From sequence record OX922092.1: a stretch of DNA of 32,000 nucleotides, one strand, 5' to 3'. Below the pieces are notes generated by a model. The model was not told the DNA's origin and searched no databases. It saw only the letters and a list, made by a program, of their open reading frames with translations. A program made the translations under genes and the position numbers. Every line of letters starts with the position of its first letter. The first letter of the stretch is position 1. This document shows positions 10,191 to 21,300 of the stretch, piece after piece.

Positions 10191-10848
10191 AAAATAAAAA
10201 AAAAAACAATCATTATATAATTCAATTTTTTACCTTATAAATGGAAAAGTAAAATTTTTCTATTTACCCCCCAATTTAAATACTATTGTATACGACTAAA
10301 AATCAACTTTTTACAAAAAAATTTGTAATAAAAAAAAATTAACCTATGAATCTATGAGCATATTTTGTAGTGTTATCTAGAATTTGAACATTTTTTTTAT
10401 TGTTATCTATCCTTTGAGGACGTTTTTTATTACTCGATAAAAAAATTCGTGTTGGTTTTTCTTCAAAACGACCAGGAGGCAAAACCAAAGGATTTAACAT
10501 AAGCGAGGCGGTCAGACAACCAATTTTAATTCTTTGTTAAGCTCCTCTGCCTCTGTCAGAAGTAAAAAAGTAACTAAAGAGATTTATGTTACACCAAGGG
10601 CCTATTCTTCTAAGGAAAATTCTATGTATTTTCTTTAATATTATAAAAAAAATCAAATTGCTAATTGGTCCCAATACATATTTTTTTTAGATTTTTGAGA
10701 TTGTTATAGAATATCTTATAGAGTTACACATCAGAGTAGTAAAAATTTATTAAAGACTTCTAATGATATAAAAATAATATTAAGATTGAATCTTTCATGA
10801 ATCTAATACTTTCTCATACTCATATCTAATAAAAACAAAATTTAATAA

Positions 10849-10920
10849 TAATCTAGATACAAATCTTCTTTTTATACAATTCGACTTTAATATATAAAAA
10901 GAGGATTTGTATCTAGATTA
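10849..10920 (-). terminator. Long inverted repeat (3' stem-loop) about 100 nt downstream of the chlB stop
   Basis: The arm taatctagatacaaatcttctttttata pairs with tatataaaaagaggatttgtatctagatta, with one mismatch in about 28 bp. Confidence 0.6.
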
Positions 10921-11019
10921 AAAGAAATAAAAATGCTTTAAAAATATTTAATTATTTATTTAAATAAACAAAACAATATTATATTTATAATATTTATTAT
11001 ATTTATTATATTTATTATA

Positions 11020-12615
11020 TTAGGCAGCAACCGCTTCTTTAGCTGCATACATAACTTCTAATGTAATAATTGACGTTTTTTGATCACGTGCATATTTTTC
11101 TGTATTACGTTTTACTTTAGCACGAACAAAGCCAGGAACTCGAGAAAGTTCAGCTGAAGCTTCTTTGTTCCATTGTAATTCATTTTCTGAAGAATATGAA
11201 CGAGTAATAACTTCCTTATTATCATGACCATTAAAAATTTCTAATAAATGATCTTCCATTCCTAATCCAAAAGAATTATAAACTAAATCAGAAATTTGAT
11301 TTGTACCTTCATAGCCTAAAAAAGGTCTAAAACCTAAAGGAAAATTTTGAATATGTACAGGAGCTGAAATAACACCACATGGAATATCTAAACGTTTTCC
11401 TACATGACGTTCCATTTGAGTACCAAAAATAGCAGCAGGTTCAATTTGTGAAATAATATCACCTATTTGACTATGATCATCTGTAATTAAAACTTGATCA
11501 CAGAAACCTGAAACTTGTTCTCTAAACCAGTCGGCATCATGTTTACAATAAGTACCTGCACAAACAACATTGATACCCATTTCACGAACTAGTATTTTTG
11601 TCATACAGGCTGCATGGGTCGCATCCCCAAAAACAACTGTTTTTTTTCCAGTTAGATTTTGACAGTCAATTGAACGTGAAAACCAAGCAGCTTGTGAAAC
11701 AAAAGTAGTTTGTTGGTCAATAAAACTTTCAAGATCTTTTTTATTTAAAATTTTTAAATCTTTCATTTTATCACGTACTTCAACATCTAGTGTAGCCGAG
11801 TTCGTTAAATCCTCAAAAACTTTGTGACAAATAGAATAAATTTCTCGTATAAAAGAAGATGTATCTACAATACCCATAGGAGTTATAGAAGTGTAAGGCA
11901 TGTTATGTTCTTTTTCTAAATAACTAGCAGTCATTAAACCCACTTCACGATAAGGTACAATATTAAACCATGCTTTTGGTAAATTTTTTAATTGTGTAAC
12001 GAAACCACCCTCAGGTATAATTTCATTAACAGTAATACCTAAATCACTTAATAAACGTTTTAATTCTTTACAATCATGTTGATTATGAAAGCCTAATGTA
12101 AACATACCTATAATATTAGCAGATGGTTTTTCGGTTTTAATTGTAGTTAATGATTCATCTTTTTTAGCTTTTTCAATATAAAAACGTACAATTTGTTCTA
12201 AAGTACGATCAGCTGCTTGTAACTCATTAACGCGGTAATGATTGACATCTGCTAAAAGTACATCACTACTTGATTCATTTGAAGCACGATTAACAAAATT
12301 TTGTAAATCTTCCTGTAAAATACTTGAAGTACATGTTGGTGTCAATAAAATTAAATCAGGACTTTCTTCTTTATCTTTGCGTTGAATATTTTCAACTACT
12401 TTTTCTTGTGAACCACGTGCTAAAACATGTCGATCTACAATACTAGCTGTTACTGGAGTAAAATCACGTTCACGTTCTAACATAGAACGCATTACATTGA
12501 AATAATCATCTCCTAATGGTGCATGCATAATAGCATGCACATTTTTAAAAGAACTTGCTACACGTAAAGTACCTATATGTGCTGGACCAGCATACATCCA
12601 ATAAGCTAATTTCAT
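11020..12615 (-). CDS. chlB: Light-independent protochlorophyllide reductase subunit B, 531 aa
   Basis: The N-terminus [69 protein letters not shown] and the C-terminal [17 protein letters not shown] block are characteristic of ChlB. The ORF is full length with a TAA stop. Confidence 0.93.
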   Translation of the reverse strand: MKLAYWMYAGPAHIGTLRVASSFKNVHAIMHAPLGDDYFNVMRSMLERERDFTPVTASIVDRHVLARGSQEKVVENIQRKDKEESPDLILLTPTCTSSILQEDLQNFVNRASNESSSDVLLADVNHYRVNELQAADRTLEQIVRFYIEKAKKDESLTTIKTEKPSANIIGMFTLGFHNQHDCKELKRLLSDLGITVNEIIPEGGFVTQLKNLPKAWFNIVPYREVGLMTASYLEKEHNMPYTSITPMGIVDTSSFIREIYSICHKVFEDLTNSATLDVEVRDKMKDLKILNKKDLESFIDQQTTFVSQAAWFSRSIDCQNLTGKKTVVFGDATHAACMTKILVREMGINVVCAGTYCKHDADWFREQVSGFCDQVLITDDHSQIGDIISQIEPAAIFGTQMERHVGKRLDIPCGVISAPVHIQNFPLGFRPFLGYEGTNQISDLVYNSFGLGMEDHLLEIFNGHDNKEVITRSYSSENELQWNKEASAELSRVPGFVRAKVKRNTEKYARDQKTSIITLEVMYAAKEAVAA

Positions 12616-12935
12616 TAAATTCTATTTTAATTGATACTAATCATAAAATTGCTTCTTATTCTTAATAGTTACCAAAAAAACAAAAAAAAGAAATAAATAA
12701 ACAAAAGAGATATAAAGGCTATAAACTTTATTTATAATGTTTTGTTCTAATTAATATAAACTATATAAATTAGTATTTAGATATAAAAAATTTTCTATAT
12801 ACAAAAAATTTGATTTTGTATATACAAGATTAAACACTTTGTACTAAACAAACAAAATAAGTTTTTGTTTTTTTATGAATAAAAGAATAGAAGTCTTACT
12901 AATACCACAAAACGTAATTGGTATAAAATTACTAC

Positions 12936-12993
12936 TCGGAAAAAACCTTTGGTTTTTTCCTCAGGACAAAACAACAAAGTTGTTTTGTCCGCC
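12936..12993. repeat. Dispersed double-hairpin element, copy 2, about 320 nt upstream of the chlB start
   Basis: The sequence is tcGGAAAAAACCtttGGTTTTTTCCtcaGGACAAAACAACaaaGTTGTTTTGTCCgcc. It is identical to 7719-7776 except that the loop of the second hairpin is complemented (aaa versus ttt). Confidence 0.9.
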
Positions 12994-13379
12994 AATTTTT
13001 TTTATTGGTTAAAAAAAATTTTATTTTTTTTCTTTTGAACACTTCAAACTAGTTTAATTATAAAATAATTTTTATAAAAAATTAAACTTAGAAAATTTTA
13101 CAGAGAATAAAATACACTTTGTGAATTTAAGGGAAGCAGTTATAAAATTTAACTCTGCCCCACTCTCTGGTCGCTTTGCTAATAAGCAACCTACCTTCTG
13201 GCGGGTTTCTTACCTCCTAATATTTGAAACTCCGAATTTACTATTTCTCGTAGGAAATTTTATGATATTTAGTGTAAAAAACTTTTAGTATTTTCCGGTA
13301 TTTTAAAATAGAATTTAGTTTAGTAACTCAAATGTTATAGCTTAAACTCAAAATAATATTTAATTGAAGACTTTAATAT

Positions 13380-13451
13380 TGAACCCAGTAGGAATTGAAC
13401 CTACACTAGCGGTTTAGAAGACCGCTGTCCTATCCTTTAGACGATGAGTTC
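13380..13451 (-). tRNA. trnR: tRNA-Arg (anticodon UCU)
   Basis: The reverse complement is GAACTCATCGTCTAAAGGATAGGACAGCGGTCTTCTAAACCGCTAGTGTAGGTTCAATTCCTACTGGGTTCA. The cloverleaf has a 7-bp acceptor stem (one G:U), anticodon stem GCGGT/ACCGC, loop CTTCTAA and T-arm GTAGG-TTCAATT-CCTAC. Confidence 0.9.
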
Positions 13452-13803
13452 TTTTAATCTAATATTTTGTGTTTCAATATATATAGATATATATATATTA
13501 TTAAATTTCTATATAAAATATAGAAGAATATTTTCAATGCAATTCGAATTTTTAGAAGAAAATAATTAATTTTTTTCATTTGTGTGTGTCTTTTTTTTTT
13601 TAAGAAAAAAAAAACGATAGTAAATGTAATTATAACATAGCTTAATCTTAAACGAATACTTTTAGAATAAATAAAAATGTTTAATATCCGATTTACTATT
13701 TTGATTTAAACCTATAATTTATCAAAAGGAAAAAAAAGAATAGAAGCAAGTAGAGGCGTTTTAGAAATTTTTATAAAAAATAAAAATAAAATATTTATAA
13801 AAT

Positions 13804-13863
13804 AAGAATAGAGTGAATAAAGAAATGGTTTTGAAAAACCATTTCTTTATTCACTCTATTCTT
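13804..13863 (-). terminator. Perfect ~28-bp hairpin about 65 nt downstream of the psbC stop (candidate 3'-end stabilising stem-loop)
   Basis: The sequence aagaatagagtgaataaagaaatggtttt g aaaaaccatttctttattcactctattctt is a perfect inverted repeat. Confidence 0.65.
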
Positions 13864-13928
13864 AAAATTTATGGATAAGATTTAAATCTTATTAAAATTG
13901 ATAAGACTTAAATTTATCACAAGAAATA

Positions 13929-14432
13929 TTAGTCTAAAGGACGCATTGAAAGAACAGGTTCGTCAACACGGTCAATACCTTTTTCGAAACCTGCAGCAGC
14001 AGCACGAGCACGACCAGCATGCCATAAGTGACCTACGAAGAAGAAGAAACCTAAACAGAAATGCGATGTAGCTAACCAAGAACGAGGAGAAACGAAGTTA
14101 ACAGCGTTAATTTCTGTTGCAACACCCCCTACAGAGTTTAATGAACCTAATGGAGCATGAGTCATGTATTCAGCTGCACGACGTTCTTGCCAAGGTTGAA
14201 TATCATTTTTTAATTTAACTAGATCTAAACCTGACGGGCCACGTAATGGCTCCACCCAGGGTCCTCTGAAATCCCAGAATCGCATAGTTTCGCCACCAAA
14301 GATAATTTCACCTGTTGGAGAACGCATTAAATATTTACCTAAACCAGTAGGACCTTGTGCTGATGCAACGTTAGCACCTAAACGTTGGTCACGTACTAGG
14401 AAAGTAAATGCTTGAGCTTGACTCGCTTCTGG
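13929..14432 (-). CDS. psbC: Photosystem II CP43, exon 3 (167 codons plus stop)
   Basis: It translates as [42 protein letters not shown]...[33 protein letters not shown]. The ORF-track residues upstream of it ([14 protein letters not shown]) are intron read-through. Confidence 0.9.
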   Translation of the reverse strand, partial: PEASQAQAFTFLVRDQRLGANVASAQGPTGLGKYLMRSPTGEIIFGGETMRFWDFRGPWVEPLRGPSGLDLVKLKNDIQPWQERRAAEYMTHAPLGSLNSVGGVATEINAVNFVSPRSWLATSHFCLGFFFFVGHLWHAGRARAAAAGFEKGIDRVDEPVLSMRPLD

Positions 14433-14854
14433 CAATAATGTTAGCAAAACGAATAACCATACAGCAAACATCATAAATATTCTAAAGTAAAAAAAAAAAA
14501 TTATAAAGATTCTTTATCTTCTTCTGTTTTTTTAGTTTTTTATTCTAACCATTGTTTGAAACTTTTTTCACCTGGTTTTAATATATAAGCTGAACGACTA
14601 GGTTTTGTATTAGGAATGTCTAATTCCTAATAGTCTTTAAGTTACCTTAAAGTTCAGACTCTATCTTCAACTCTTTATAAATAGTTTATTAAAGAGTTGT
14701 CTGGCATATTAGTCGTTGAGCATTCATACTTAATAATCAATTAAGTATGATTTGCTGCTAGTTGACATAGGTTATATTCTATTAAATTACCTAGTCTTTC
14801 TAGCATTTAACCAGATTTCTTTCTAATTATCAACAATTAGAAAGGGCACAGAAT
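14433..14854 (-). mobile_element. psbC intron 2, 422 nt with no ORF, probably group I
   Basis: CP43 homology breaks between ...FYGPTG and PEASQ.... The 5' exon ends in U (ACTGGT) and the intron ends in G (TTATTG|CCAGAA). The P1 candidate is weak, with only GGU:GCC. Confidence 0.6.
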
Positions 14855-15193
14855 ACCAGTAGGGCCGTAGAACTCACTAGGGTATGCAGTATTATTGAAC
14901 CAAGCAAAACAACAAGCTGTGAAACCCATAAGAGAAACAGAAGCTAAACTGTAAGAAAGGTAAGCTTCACCAGACCAAACAAAAGCACGACGTGCCCAAG
15001 GCCATGGAGTTGTGTAAATGTGCCAAATACCACCTAAAATACATAAAGTACCAATCCAAATGTGACCGCCAATAATGTCTTCTAAGTTATCAACACTAAC
15101 AATCCAACCATCACCACCGAAAGGTGACTTAACAATGTAACCAAAGATGATAGCAGCGTTAGTTGTAGGGTTTGAAATGATACGAACGTCCCC
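14855..15193 (-). CDS. psbC: Photosystem II CP43, exon 2 (113 codons)
   Basis: It translates as [48 protein letters not shown]...[16 protein letters not shown]. The three exons together give 461 aa, the size I recall for chlorophyte CP43. Confidence 0.9.
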
Positions 15194-15526
15194 CATTATT
15201 GTTCAAACAATTCGTTACATTGTTTCGGGATATGGATTTTGGTAATTAGTAGGTACTATCAGTCCATGACTCCGCTAAAGGAAACGTAGTTTCCACAGGA
15301 CTAAACAGCCTAGGCCTTAGACTGAGCTAGACTTACTGTATTTAATTTGTAATCCATTTTCCCGCTTTATATTACTATAAAGATCAGACTATATCTTTAC
15401 CCTATATGAAGTATTCATTGTTTTTTGTCTCCTGTATCGGTCCACCTGGCACCCGTTAGGGTGGCGGAACAGTTTACAAACAGTTATGCAAAGCTACATT
15501 ACAGTTTGATAAAGCGTATAAGAATG

Positions 15527-15600
15527 GCGACGACACCCGACGACACCCGACGACACCCGACGACCCTTGATAACCCTGGATGACTACCGATGATACCTTC
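15527..15600. repeat. GC-rich minisatellite with 10-bp period inside psbC intron 1
   Basis: The sequence reads gcgacgacacc cgacgacacc cgacgacacc cgacgaccct tgataaccct ggatgactac cgatgatacc. Read on the gene strand it is GGGTGTCGTC x3, resembling GAGTGTCGAC x4 in the rrs intron. Confidence 0.9.
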
Positions 15601-15811
15601 TAAAGCTCTTGCTAATTATCAAAAGTTGTCAGAGACACTCGGGAAGTGTTATGGAGTATCATGGATACTTGGGGAGACTCGAAAATGGAAATTAAAAAAT
15701 TAGATTATGTTGACAAACCAAAACATATAGGGTATTTGCCGTTTCGAAACTACTTAGTTTCTACTCCCAAAAAGGGATAGTCGTTAGGCCCTCTTTTTTC
15801 TATTCCAAAAT

Positions 15812-16499
15812 TTAGTTTTTGTTTATATGCTTTTCAGGATTTATATAGTTCCAGTCAACACGAGATCTAATTTTCAAGTAACACATAGCTTGAAAAAGAT
15901 TTTCAGCCTCACCAGCTCTAACAGAATCCATTATCGAGTCATAATATGTACCGTTTGCTATTATCGGTTCATAACCGTGACGTATTTTGTAAATTACTAC
16001 ATAATTAGGTAGTTCATTTAAAAGTCTACGACGAATGCTATTTTCTGATACGTTTAACTGTCTTGAAGCTTGTTTGATGCTTTCAAACCTTTGACCATTA
16101 ATTTCGCAAATAACAAGATAATTATCTTGAGCACTAATTTCTCGTCATGGATGTTGATTATAGACTTGTTCTGGTTCATATGAATTGATAATTTCTATTT
16201 CTTTATCTAAACGCTTTTGTTTTGTTCTGAACGAACCCGCCTGTCCCTTAAGAAGGATGTCCATTCTGAAACAGTCTTTTCCATGTGAATTCCAATGGCG
16301 TTGTAATTCATTGGCAATCAGATACTCCACCTTGTAAATCCTTGAAATGCTTAGTCATTCGGTCTAAAAGGTTTTTAGCTTCTCCGATATAAACTTTACC
16401 ATTAATATTACAAGTAATTTGATAAATACTTGGATCTGTATAACTAAAAAAATTTATTTCACTATATTGATCTAGTCCTAATTGTGAACTACCTTGATA
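15812..16499 (-). pseudogene. Degenerate GIY-YIG homing endonuclease gene in three pieces. It has no ATG, one frameshift and one in-frame TGA.
   Basis: - Piece 1 (16311-16499) reads ...SIYQITCNINGKVYIGEAKNLLDRMTKHFKDLQGG, the GIY-YIG core.
- Piece 2 (16148-16330, shifted frame) reads EYLIANELQRHWNSHGKDCFRMDILL...EIEIINSYEPEQVYNQHP, followed by TGA at 16145-16147.
- Piece 3 stays open in the same frame for 110 more codons to TAA at 15812-15814. It includes INGQRFESIKQASRQLNVSENSIRRRL, a helix-turn-helix-like DNA-binding module. Confidence 0.7.
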
Positions 16500-16727
16500 C
16501 TACGAAAAATCGTTTCCGTTTGTACCGACACCCGTCGGCAAATATTAAATTAATAAAAAATGAATCTTAGATTCAGCCGGTATTGGCGCATAAAAACTGG
16601 ATTAGAAAAGAAAAAAGTTGGCACGGAGTTTTCTAATTGTTTTTGTTTTAGATACAAGTAGAGTTTCTCCGTTTTGGCAAATTTATTATTTCCTATATTA
16701 CATAATATAGGAAAGGCGGCAAGTGTT

Positions 16728-17270
16728 ACCGCCTGGGGCCCAAGTATCATAAACACCACCAAAGTATAAAGCTTTTAACACTAGAAGCCAAGCACCACAA
16801 CCTAAAATGATTAAGTGGTAACCTAAAATGTTAGTCATTTTGTTTTTATCTTTCCAAACATAACCAAAGAATGGGTAAGATTCTTCTAAAGTTTCAGGTC
16901 CAATTAAAGAGTGGTAAACACCACCAAAACCTAAAACAGCTGAAGAAATAAGGTGTAAAACACCTGATACAAAGTATGGAAAAGTATCAAGTACTTCACC
17001 ACCTGGACCTACACCATAACCTAAAGTAGCAATGTGAGGTAAAAGAATTAAACCTTGTTCGTACATAGGTTTTTCTGGTACGAAGTGAGAAACTTCGAAT
17101 AAGTTCATAGCACCAGCCCAGAAAACGATAAGACCAGCGTGTGCAACGTGTGCACCTAATAGTTTACCTGATAGGTTGATTAAACGAGCATTTCCGGCCC
17201 ACCATGCGAAACCAGTAGTTTCTTGGTCACGACCACCTACAGTTAATGTTCCGTTAAAAAGTGTTTCCAC
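16728..17270 (-). CDS. psbC: Photosystem II CP43, exon 1 (181 codons), GTG start
   Basis: It translates as (GTG)[62 protein letters not shown]...[13 protein letters not shown]. The start codon at 17268-17270 is GTG. Confidence 0.9.
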
Positions 17271-17279
17271 TTGGTACTA

Positions 17280-17284
17280 CCTCC
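17280..17284 (-). promoter_or_regulatory. Shine-Dalgarno-like GGAGG 9 nt upstream of the psbC GTG start
   Basis: The reverse complement reads ATTAGGAGGTAGTACCAAGTG. GGAGG is complementary to the 16S 3' end CCTCC present in this window. Confidence 0.35.
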
Positions 17285-18148
17285 TAATGGAATCCATTTT
17301 TCTATAAAGCTAATAATAATTAGCTTTCTTGCTAGAGTAGTATAAATCTAGAAGTTTGATACACAATGATTTAATCATAATAATCCATTTTATTTTTTTG
17401 ACTATAATTAAAAAGAATTAATTAATTATTAAATTCATTAAAATTTAATACAATTTTTTTCTATTTAAAAATTTGATAATACTTACAAAAGAAAATTTAC
17501 AAAGTAAAGTTTCTAACTTACTTAAAGAATGTTTTAATAATTTATTGCTTTATATCCTATTATATAATATATGATTTTTATCAATATAAAAAAACTATAT
17601 AGTGGAAAACTAGTTTGGAGTATCTAACTAGTTAAGATCCTAAGGATCTAGCATATAAAAAAGAGCGCTAAAAATATAAATATGTATTAAAAATTTAAGT
17701 TATAAACAACTTTTAGTTTCTAAAACTATAATATTTATATTGATTAATATATAGATCAATAATTCACACAGAATGTTTAAAATTGAATAAACCACAGAAA
17801 ATTTGCTTTGTAAAATTTTCAAATACAAAAAAAATCAATAAAAATAGATTTTAAATATTTCGATTTTGCATTTAGATCTTAATTTTAAGTGTTCAAATTA
17901 AATAAAATTATGCATATTTTGTTTATTTTATTTTGTAAGGTGCGAATCACTAAAATAAAAATACATAATATTAAAAGTTTTAAACTAAAAAAAAAAAATA
18001 ATTCATATATAAGTATACATTTTTTTCGAAAATTTTTCTAATTAAAAAACTAAAGAAAATTCTGTCGGTAAAAACAACAAAGTTGTTTTTACCGCAAAGA
18101 ATTTTCTAAATAATAAAAAGAAATTTTATGTAAATTTATTTGTACTTA

Positions 18149-18210
18149 AATACAACAAGGAAAGTCATTAATATATAACGTTATATATTAATGACTTTCC
18201 TTGTTGTATT
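18149..18210 (-). terminator. Perfect 62-nt palindrome downstream of the giant ORF (candidate 3' stem-loop)
   Basis: The sequence aatacaacaaggaaagtcattaatatataacgttatatattaatgactttccttgttgtatt is fully self-complementary. Confidence 0.6.
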
Positions 18211-18284
18211 GGTATGTATAATAAAAACGAAACATATAAATTGAAATACATAATTAAAGTATTATGATTTAGTTATAAAACTAA

Positions 18285-18330
18285 GGAAATTCCTATATAA
18301 TTTATCGAAAGTAATTATATAGGAATTTCC
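18285..18330 (-). terminator. 18-bp hairpin about 60 nt downstream of the giant ORF stop
   Basis: The arm ggaaattcctatataatt pairs with aattatataggaatttcc, with a 10-nt loop. Confidence 0.55.
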
Positions 18331-18387
18331 AGGAAGGCTGGGCGGGTTCGCAAGATCAGTCGTCTCTCGCCGCTTCGCTAAAATTTT

Positions 18388-21300
18388 TTAGTTTTGTAAG
18401 AAACGTTGAATAAGTTTTAAACGCTCAAATTCATGTAAATGACAATGAAGACCTTGTTTACAAATATGAAAAGCATAATAATCAAAAACTTCACGGTTTT
18501 GTTCATAAATATTAAATGCTTTAAGAAAAGAATCATAAATAAAATGTGAATAAATTTCTGAATAAAAAGCATTTTCATAACCAGTTAAAGAAGGCATTGA
18601 AATGGTACCAAATGGTGAATTAGTATTACCGACCCATCGACGATTACGAGGATTATAATGTTGATCAGCGTCTGGAAAATCTAACAAGATGTCTCGTGTT
18701 TCACGCTCAACAAAGGCATAACGCCAATCAATATCACTTAAAAAGGTAGTTTCAGCATTATGCTCTGGTAGTTGACCGTTCCACCACTGATTTGTTAAAT
18801 AATGACTATGACGCGTAAAAATACGATTTCTAACAAACCAATTAGAACTAGAAATTTTTTGTAAACCAGATGGGCTCATACTACCAATCATTAACGAAGC
18901 ATTTGAAAAACTAGATAAACGATTTTCAATAATTTCAGATTTAAATGATTCTTTAACCGGAATATTATAAAGTCTTTTTACTAATCTTTGTTGTTGATGA
19001 ATATTAATTTTTTCCATTATACCACTTCCAAAATTTTGATCATGATTTTGGTAGTAAGATAAGCTTCTTTTTAAGTTTTCATAACGTTTTGCTGGTAGTA
19101 AAATACTTGTAATTGGGGGAGAGGGAGCAAAAGGTTCCATAAGAGAAGAATAATTAGTTAAATTAAATAAAGTAGGAAGCATTAAATTACTTTTATAAAG
19201 AAAACGTTTTTGAACAAAGGATAGAACTAAAGACGAAATTGATTCTGTAATAACAGGCATTAAAGAAGAACGTCGAGTTACACTAACGGACTCGCAGTTT
19301 TGAACAAAGTTAGAAGATAAAGACTTAAATTCTGTAAAATTGCTAGAGAATTTACGAAGTGATTTTTCTTCTCCCCGATTTTTCTCAAGTTGAGATGTTT
19401 TTGAAAATAGGTAAAATTCACCAATTTTACCAGAGATTAAAAGAGAAATATTATTTTTGAAAAAGTGCGGTGAGGCATACATACTTAAGTGTGAAGAATT
19501 AGATAAAATACTTTCGAGAGAAAGGTCTGGAAGTTGTGTTAATGCGGTATTCATATGTAAATCTAAATGACGTTCCGAACTCGCCTGAAAATTTTCTTTG
19601 GATTCCTGGTCAAAACATTTAATGCTCGCATTTAAATAAGCTGATGCTTTAGTAGCAACTTGAGATAAGATTTTGGTCGTGTTAGGATAATTAAAATTAG
19701 AAGTAGAAGTTTGAGCTAATAGATTATCTTTTTGAATAAAAACATTTTTACAAGAACTTTCATTAAATAAGTTTTCAGGAAAGAAATGAAAAAGAGATGA
19801 TGTTCTTTTTAAATAAGAATCAGGAGAACTCGAAAAAGGCGAATTCGAAACTGCTTTTTGGCATAATCGACCTAAAATAGTATTTGTATCAACACCAGTT
19901 GAAGTAAGACCAAAATCTAATGAGCCACCACCTCTTCTACCTAGAGAAGCATAAGTATTAAAACCAGAAATAATATTTGGGTTTGGATATGCAGGACGAG
20001 GTACGTTAAGAATACCAAAATGAGAAATTTCCCAAGAATGATTTTTAGATGAGAAACCAAAACTAATAGTTTCATCTAATCGACCAGGTCTACGTAAAGC
20101 TGGATCTAATACAAAAGGAATATGAGTAGTAGCAAATACGACAAAACCTCTATTACCTTTTACACTATCAATAATAACTAATAAATCTGTAATCATGTCT
20201 AATTTAACAGAAAGCGAAGAAATTGCTATATCTGCTAATAAAGCAACTTTGGCACGAATGGAATAAGCTGGACCTGTTTTTTGTGAGTCTTGTGAACTTG
20301 TGCTTTCACCTTGTGGAGTAATTTTACCTGTCCAAGGTAAATCAGAAACTTTTTTATTCGTCTTAAATTTTTTCTCTTCTTTTAAAGTTAAAACACTAAA
20401 AGGAGATGTAGCAGGTGGAGATAAAAATTCTGTAGACGGACGAAGTAAACGTGAAGGTAAAATGCGAGGACCTTCTTTTTGTTGTTCAACATCAGAACTT
20501 TGATTATGATAAATTTTAGGAGAAACTGTTTTTTGTCTAGAGATAGAGGCTTTACCAATTTTAGAGTTATTTTGATTTCTTGCTTTAAAGAAATCAAAAC
20601 AAAAATGATTAGTTGGAATTGAAAGAGAAAAATCACCTTTATAAGGTTTTTTATAGTGAGAAATTACATGTTTACTTAATTGATATAATACTTGATTTTT
20701 TTCATGTATTTCAGTATTACCTTCAGGTGTATCGTCTGTAATTAAAAAAGATCTTCTTTCACCAATTGCATGAATATCTTCTATTAAAAAGAAACAAGGA
20801 GTTTGTAATGATAAGGAATCAAAGACATCTCGTAATAATTTAATACCAACCGCAACACCTCTATAAACTAATGCATATCTATGTGCATTATCAGTGATAA
20901 TTTTTAATTCTGTTTCCCCAGCAATAGCTTGTACCAATAAAGTTTTTTCCAGCGAAGCACTTGCATCGTTTAATAAAGAAGAACCGTCAGTCTTTTTGTT
21001 TCTTTGATTTGTATTTCCAACTATTAAAATATTCTTAGATATTTGTTTATATAAAATACCTGCAAAAATTTGACAAACTAAAGAACCCATTGGAGAAATA
21101 GCACGAAGCTGTTGTGAAGATTCTTTATTTTTTAATACACTAGCTAATGCACGAGGTGGATGTAAATCAATAAATAATTCAGTATCTTTTGATTTTATAG
21201 CGTAACTTAAAAATTGTTGAGAACCCCATTGATGTAAACTATTACCACTATCTATATTTTGAGATTCAATACCTAAAAACGGTGTAGAAGGCATTCCTAA

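Larger units (their letters stand above)
15194..16727 (-). mobile_element. psbC intron 1, 1534 nt, a group I intron carrying a decayed GIY-YIG ORF
   Basis: The 5' exon ends ...CCAGGCGGT and the intron starts AACACTTGCCGCCTTT, where GCCGCC can pair with the exon GGCGGU (P1 with U:G). The intron ends ...AATAATG before GGGGACGTT. Confidence 0.75.

Noticed and set aside
9512-10197. Three overlapping ORFs (88, 179 and 109 aa) with periodic peptide sequence
   Set aside because: They are translations of tandem repeats (FVYLR, IIISII and MIMLMI periodicities) on both strands. There is no start context and no homology.
10339-10500. 53-aa - strand ORF (MLNPLVLPPGRFEEKPTRIFLSSNKK...) in the spacer downstream of chlB
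   Set aside because: It resembles no small plastid protein I recognise (psb, pet, psa, rpl36 or ycf12 types). It overlaps a dispersed-repeat copy (10507-10523 is adjacent) and is probably fortuitous.
13130-13215. GC-richer block with a GGAGG motif between trnR and chlB, as a possible small gene or RNA
   Set aside because: The only downstream reading frame is short, starts with TTG and has no homology. The block contains a variant of the GGCGGGTT repeat, so it is better explained as repeat-derived spacer.
14433-14474. N-terminal extension [14 protein letters not shown] of the psbC exon 3 ORF, together with the ILCPF and NTCRLSYIM tails of the other exon ORFs
   Set aside because: CP43 homology stops exactly at the proposed splice sites. 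These residues are intron read-through in the six-frame track.
15827-16012. 61-aa + strand ORF in psbC intron 1
   Set aside because: It is antisense to the C-terminal DNA-binding part of the GIY-YIG remnant, which gives a far more convincing translation.
16145-16147. TGA reassigned to a sense codon (for example Trp) in this plastid
   Set aside because: This is the only case in the window, and it sits in an ORF that also lacks a start codon and has a frameshift. TGA apparently terminates the 217-aa LAGLIDADG ORF, and all conserved genes here end in TAA or TAG with no internal TGA. Pseudogenisation is the simpler explanation.
16550-16762. 70-aa - strand ORF spanning the psbC exon 1/intron 1 boundary
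   Set aside because: It is out of frame with CP43 and runs into intron sequence, with no homology.
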